Shown here: positions 61,344-64,000 of the stretch, piece by piece | Layout of the letters: each line of letters starts with the position of its first letter | How positions within the stretch are numbered: the first letter of the stretch is position 1 | From: Vulcanimicrobiales bacterium | GTDB lineage: Bacteria; Vulcanimicrobiota; Vulcanimicrobiia; Vulcanimicrobiales; Vulcanimicrobiaceae | Assembly (NCBI GenBank): GCA_038215615.1 | Contig: JBBQQR010000009.1 | Location: 12,682 to 76,681, forward strand | Direction: 5' to 3' | DNA: 64,000 nucleotides | Program-made: the position numbers and the translations under genes | Notes under the pieces: generated by a model | What the model was told of the DNA's origin: nothing | The model's input: the letters and a program-made list of their open reading frames with translations, nothing else | Databases searched by the model: none

Positions 61344-62474
61344 ATGTCGCGTTTTGCCGCATTCGTCATCGATTCCGGAGGAGTTGGTGCGCTCGAAGAC
61401 GCCGCCGAATACGGGGATGCGCCCGGCGCCAATACTATAAGTAACGTGGCAAACCGCCTCGGCGGTCTCACGCTTCCAAATTTCACCAAACTTGGGCTCG
61501 GCTGTTTGACGGACATTTGCGGCGTGCCGGCGGTGACCGATCCCCGCGCGCGCGTTGCGCGTCTGCGTGAGCGCAGCAAAGGCAAAGACACGATAACCGG
61601 TCATTGGGAAATGGCCGGAATCGTCACCGAAACGCCTTTCCCGACATATCCCAACGGCTTCCCCAAAGAAGTCGTCGACGAATTTGCGCGCATCGTGGGC
61701 AAGCCGCCGCTCGGAAACAAGACTGCCTCCGGGACCGAGATCATCGAAGAGCTGGGGCCGGAACATATGGCGACGGGGCGTCCGATACTCTACACTTCGG
61801 CCGACTCCGTTTTTCAATTGGCGTCGCACGAGGAGATCGTGCCGGTGCCCCAGCTCTACGACTGGTGCGAGCGCGCTCGCACAATGCTCGTTCCGCCTCA
61901 TGCCGTGAACCGGGTCATCGCCCGGCCCTTTATTGGGGCGCCGGGCGCCTTCGCGCGCACTGCCAACCGGCGCGATTATGCGATCGAGCCTCCGCCCAGC
62001 ATCCTCGACCGCCTCGCGGCGGATGGCATCCCCGTGCATGCCGTTGGAAAAATCTGCGACATATACTGTGGGCACGGCATTGCCTCGTCGGTGCGGATAG
62101 CCGATAATCGTGATGCCATGGAGAAGGCTTTCGCCCTGCTTGCAAGCGTGGATCAAGGATTTATCTTCGTCAACCTTAATGATTTTGACTCAAAGTACGG
62201 CCACCGGCGCGACGTCCGCGGGTATGGTGAAGCCCTGGAGGCGTTGGATGCCCTTCTGCCGCGCTTGGAGACATATTTGCGGCCTGGCGACGAGGTGCTT
62301 TTCACGGCGGACCACGGGTGCGATCCGACTGCGCCGGGCAGTGATCACACGCGCGAGTACGTGCCGTTCGTGCACTTTGGCGCGGGGGCCGGTGCAGACA
62401 TGGGCAGCGTCGACGGATTGGATTTAGTGGGTAAAACAGTGGCCGCATCTTTCAAAGGGGCTGCATGCAGGTAA
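61344..62474 (+). CDS. deoB: Phosphopentomutase
   Basis: DS.GVG..DA..YGD, SKGKDT.TGHWE, YTSADSVFQ, RVIARPF, ADHGCDP, DHTRE. Confidence 0.96.
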   Translation: MSRFAAFVIDSGGVGALEDAAEYGDAPGANTISNVANRLGGLTLPNFTKLGLGCLTDICGVPAVTDPRARVARLRERSKGKDTITGHWEMAGIVTETPFPTYPNGFPKEVVDEFARIVGKPPLGNKTASGTEIIEELGPEHMATGRPILYTSADSVFQLASHEEIVPVPQLYDWCERARTMLVPPHAVNRVIARPFIGAPGAFARTANRRDYAIEPPPSILDRLAADGIPVHAVGKICDIYCGHGIASSVRIADNRDAMEKAFALLASVDQGFIFVNLNDFDSKYGHRRDVRGYGEALEALDALLPRLETYLRPGDEVLFTADHGCDPTAPGSDHTREYVPFVHFGAGAGADMGSVDGLDLVGKTVAASFKGAACR

Positions 62475-63154
62475 TCCACGACAAATCGGCATCGCCCAAT
62501 GGTAGTGTCATGCTGGTCGGGCTTGGCGAGGGGTCGAGCCGGCGTATTCCACTTTGGTGGCGCGCCGCCAAACGGGCGACCGACATCGTCCTGGGTTCGC
62601 TTTTTCTGTTCTTCGCGCTCCCCGTCATCGTGGTCGCGGGGCTAGCTGTCGTTTTGGTCGACCGCGGTTCGCCGTTTTATGCGCAAGAGCGCATCGGCCA
62701 AAACGGTAAGCGTTTCCGGATGTTCAAGTTGCGCACGATGGTGCACGGCGCGCATGCGATGCGCGACGACATCCTTCACCTCAATGAAGTTGAAGGGCCG
62801 GTCTTCAAAATTCGCAACGATCCACGCCTGCATGCGATCGGCGCCTTTTTACGGCGGAGCAGCATCGACGAGCTGCCGAATCTCTTCAACGTCGTGCTCG
62901 GAAGCATGTCGCTTGTCGGCCCCCGTCCGCCGCTTCCTTCCGAGGTCGATCATTACTCAGCTGCAGCGCAACGGCGCCTTGCGGTTCCGCAAGGTATAAC
63001 ATGCCTGTGGCAGATCAACGGGCGCTCCGACGTGTCGTTCGAGGAGTGGATGCAGCTGGACAACCGTTACATCGACAGCTGGTCGCCATGGACCGATCTC
63101 ACAATATTGGCCAAGACGCTTCCGGCCGTGATTCGCAAGGATGGGGCGCATTAA
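62465..63154 (+). CDS. Initiating sugar (phosphoglycosyl) transferase
   Basis: KR..DI, FK.RTM, DPR, DELP.L.NV..G.MSLVGPRP, GIT.LWQ..GR. Confidence 0.92.
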   Translation: MQVIHDKSASPNGSVMLVGLGEGSSRRIPLWWRAAKRATDIVLGSLFLFFALPVIVVAGLAVVLVDRGSPFYAQERIGQNGKRFRMFKLRTMVHGAHAMRDDILHLNEVEGPVFKIRNDPRLHAIGAFLRRSSIDELPNLFNVVLGSMSLVGPRPPLPSEVDHYSAAAQRRLAVPQGITCLWQINGRSDVSFEEWMQLDNRYIDSWSPWTDLTILAKTLPAVIRKDGAH

Positions 63155-64000
63155 GCCGCACCTTCAAGTCGTTTCCCCGGGTTCACTGAATCGCGTCGCG
63201 CTGGCAGGCTCGACGCTTTTTATCATGGGTGCGACGCTGGGATCGACGCTGCTGGGCTTCATGCGCGAAGTCGTCAGCGCGAGATTCTACGGCACGCAGT
63301 GGCAGATGGACACGTTCTTGGCCGCCGCGGTCGTTCCGACGATCTTGTTCGGCGTCTTTAACGGTGCCCTCGTCAGCGCGCTCGTTCCGACGTTTTCCGA
63401 ATATCTGACGCATGGCCGCGACGAAGACGGCTGGCGCCTTGCGAACACGGTCATCAACGGACTCTTCCTTATGTTAGCAGTCTGCGCGGTGGTCGGATTC
63501 TTCCTGGCGCCCTGGTTCGTCCCGATCATTGCTCATGGTTTCCCGGCCCCGCAGATGGGCGTCGCCATTCACATGACGCGCTGGCTGATGCCTTCCATCA
63601 TCGCGGTTAGCCTCTCGGGGGTCTTCACGGCGATCTTGAATTCGCATCACCGCTTCAAGTCGGCGGCGCTCACGGGGATAGCCGTCAACATCGTGACGAT
63701 CGGCGCCGTTTTGGCCTTGAACCACCGGCTGGGGATCTTTGCCCTCGTTCTGGGAACATCGCTGGGTTTGATAGCGCAGATGCTCGTGCAGATCCCGGCG
63801 ATCTTGTTGACCGGCAAGTATCGTTTTACGATCGATATCCACCACCCCGGAATTCGTGCAATCGCCGGGGTGCTCGGGCCGATCGTGGTTGGCTCGGCCG
63901 CGGGCCAAACGGCGCTTTTCTTCGATCGCTACTTCGCATCGACGCTCACGCCGGGATATATCGCGGGCATGAACTACGCTACGAAGCTGGTCAACTTTCC
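63141..64000 (+). CDS. murJ: Lipid II flippase MurJ/MviN (runs off the right edge; not in the ORF track)
   Basis: Manual translation: ...STLLGFMREVVSARFYGTQWQMDTFLAAAVVPTILFGVFNGALVSALVPTF...DRYFAS.L..G.I..MNYA.KL. Confidence 0.9.
   Translation, partial: MGRIKPHLQVVSPGSLNRVALAGSTLFIMGATLGSTLLGFMREVVSARFYGTQWQMDTFLAAAVVPTILFGVFNGALVSALVPTFSEYLTHGRDEDGWRLANTVINGLFLMLAVCAVVGFFLAPWFVPIIAHGFPAPQMGVAIHMTRWLMPSIIAVSLSGVFTAILNSHHRFKSAALTGIAVNIVTIGAVLALNHRLGIFALVLGTSLGLIAQMLVQIPAILLTGKYRFTIDIHHPGIRAIAGVLGPIVVGSAAGQTALFFDRYFASTLTPGYIAGMNYATKLVNF

Noticed and set aside
63150..63154. ATTAA overlap as a second ATT start (murJ)
   Set aside because: An in-frame ATG exists at 63141.

Overview
GC-rich, very densely packed bacterial chromosome segment. 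The gene order is Terrabacteria-like (yggS-sepF-divIVA, mfd-prsA-yabN..yabO, whiA-gap-pgk-tpi-gpmI, csaB), but it also carries O-antigen ligase-like and outer-membrane-type proteins. This fits Ca. Eremiobacterota/Vulcanimicrobiota, which is an inference I have not verified. 1-14.9 kb is a surface-polysaccharide locus (GT2/GT4s, PseB-like dehydratase, Fcl, a coiled-coil protein, Wzm/Wzt). The remainder is mostly housekeeping genes, tRNA-Val(TAC), a small flagellar-rod/sigma-28-like cluster and envelope genes. The main discovery is a 464-bp unit at 23291-23754: a stand-alone GIY-YIG nuclease gene bracketed by two inverted 64-bp composite hairpin repeats. At least seven more copies of the same repeat occur in the window. 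The repeat unit is N4-GA-G-loop-C-GA-N4' with covarying stems. Five copies are translated in frame inside ileS, rluD, pgk, whiA and pdp, and two overlap the start codons of tgt and mazG. Other observations: a recurrent sigmaH-like GG-N18/19-GAA promoter motif about 10 nt before start codons (probably leaderless mRNAs), an ATT-initiated leuB, a candidate structured RNA upstream of DUF5693-csaB-ileS, and three single-base homopolymer frameshifts that may be assembly errors.
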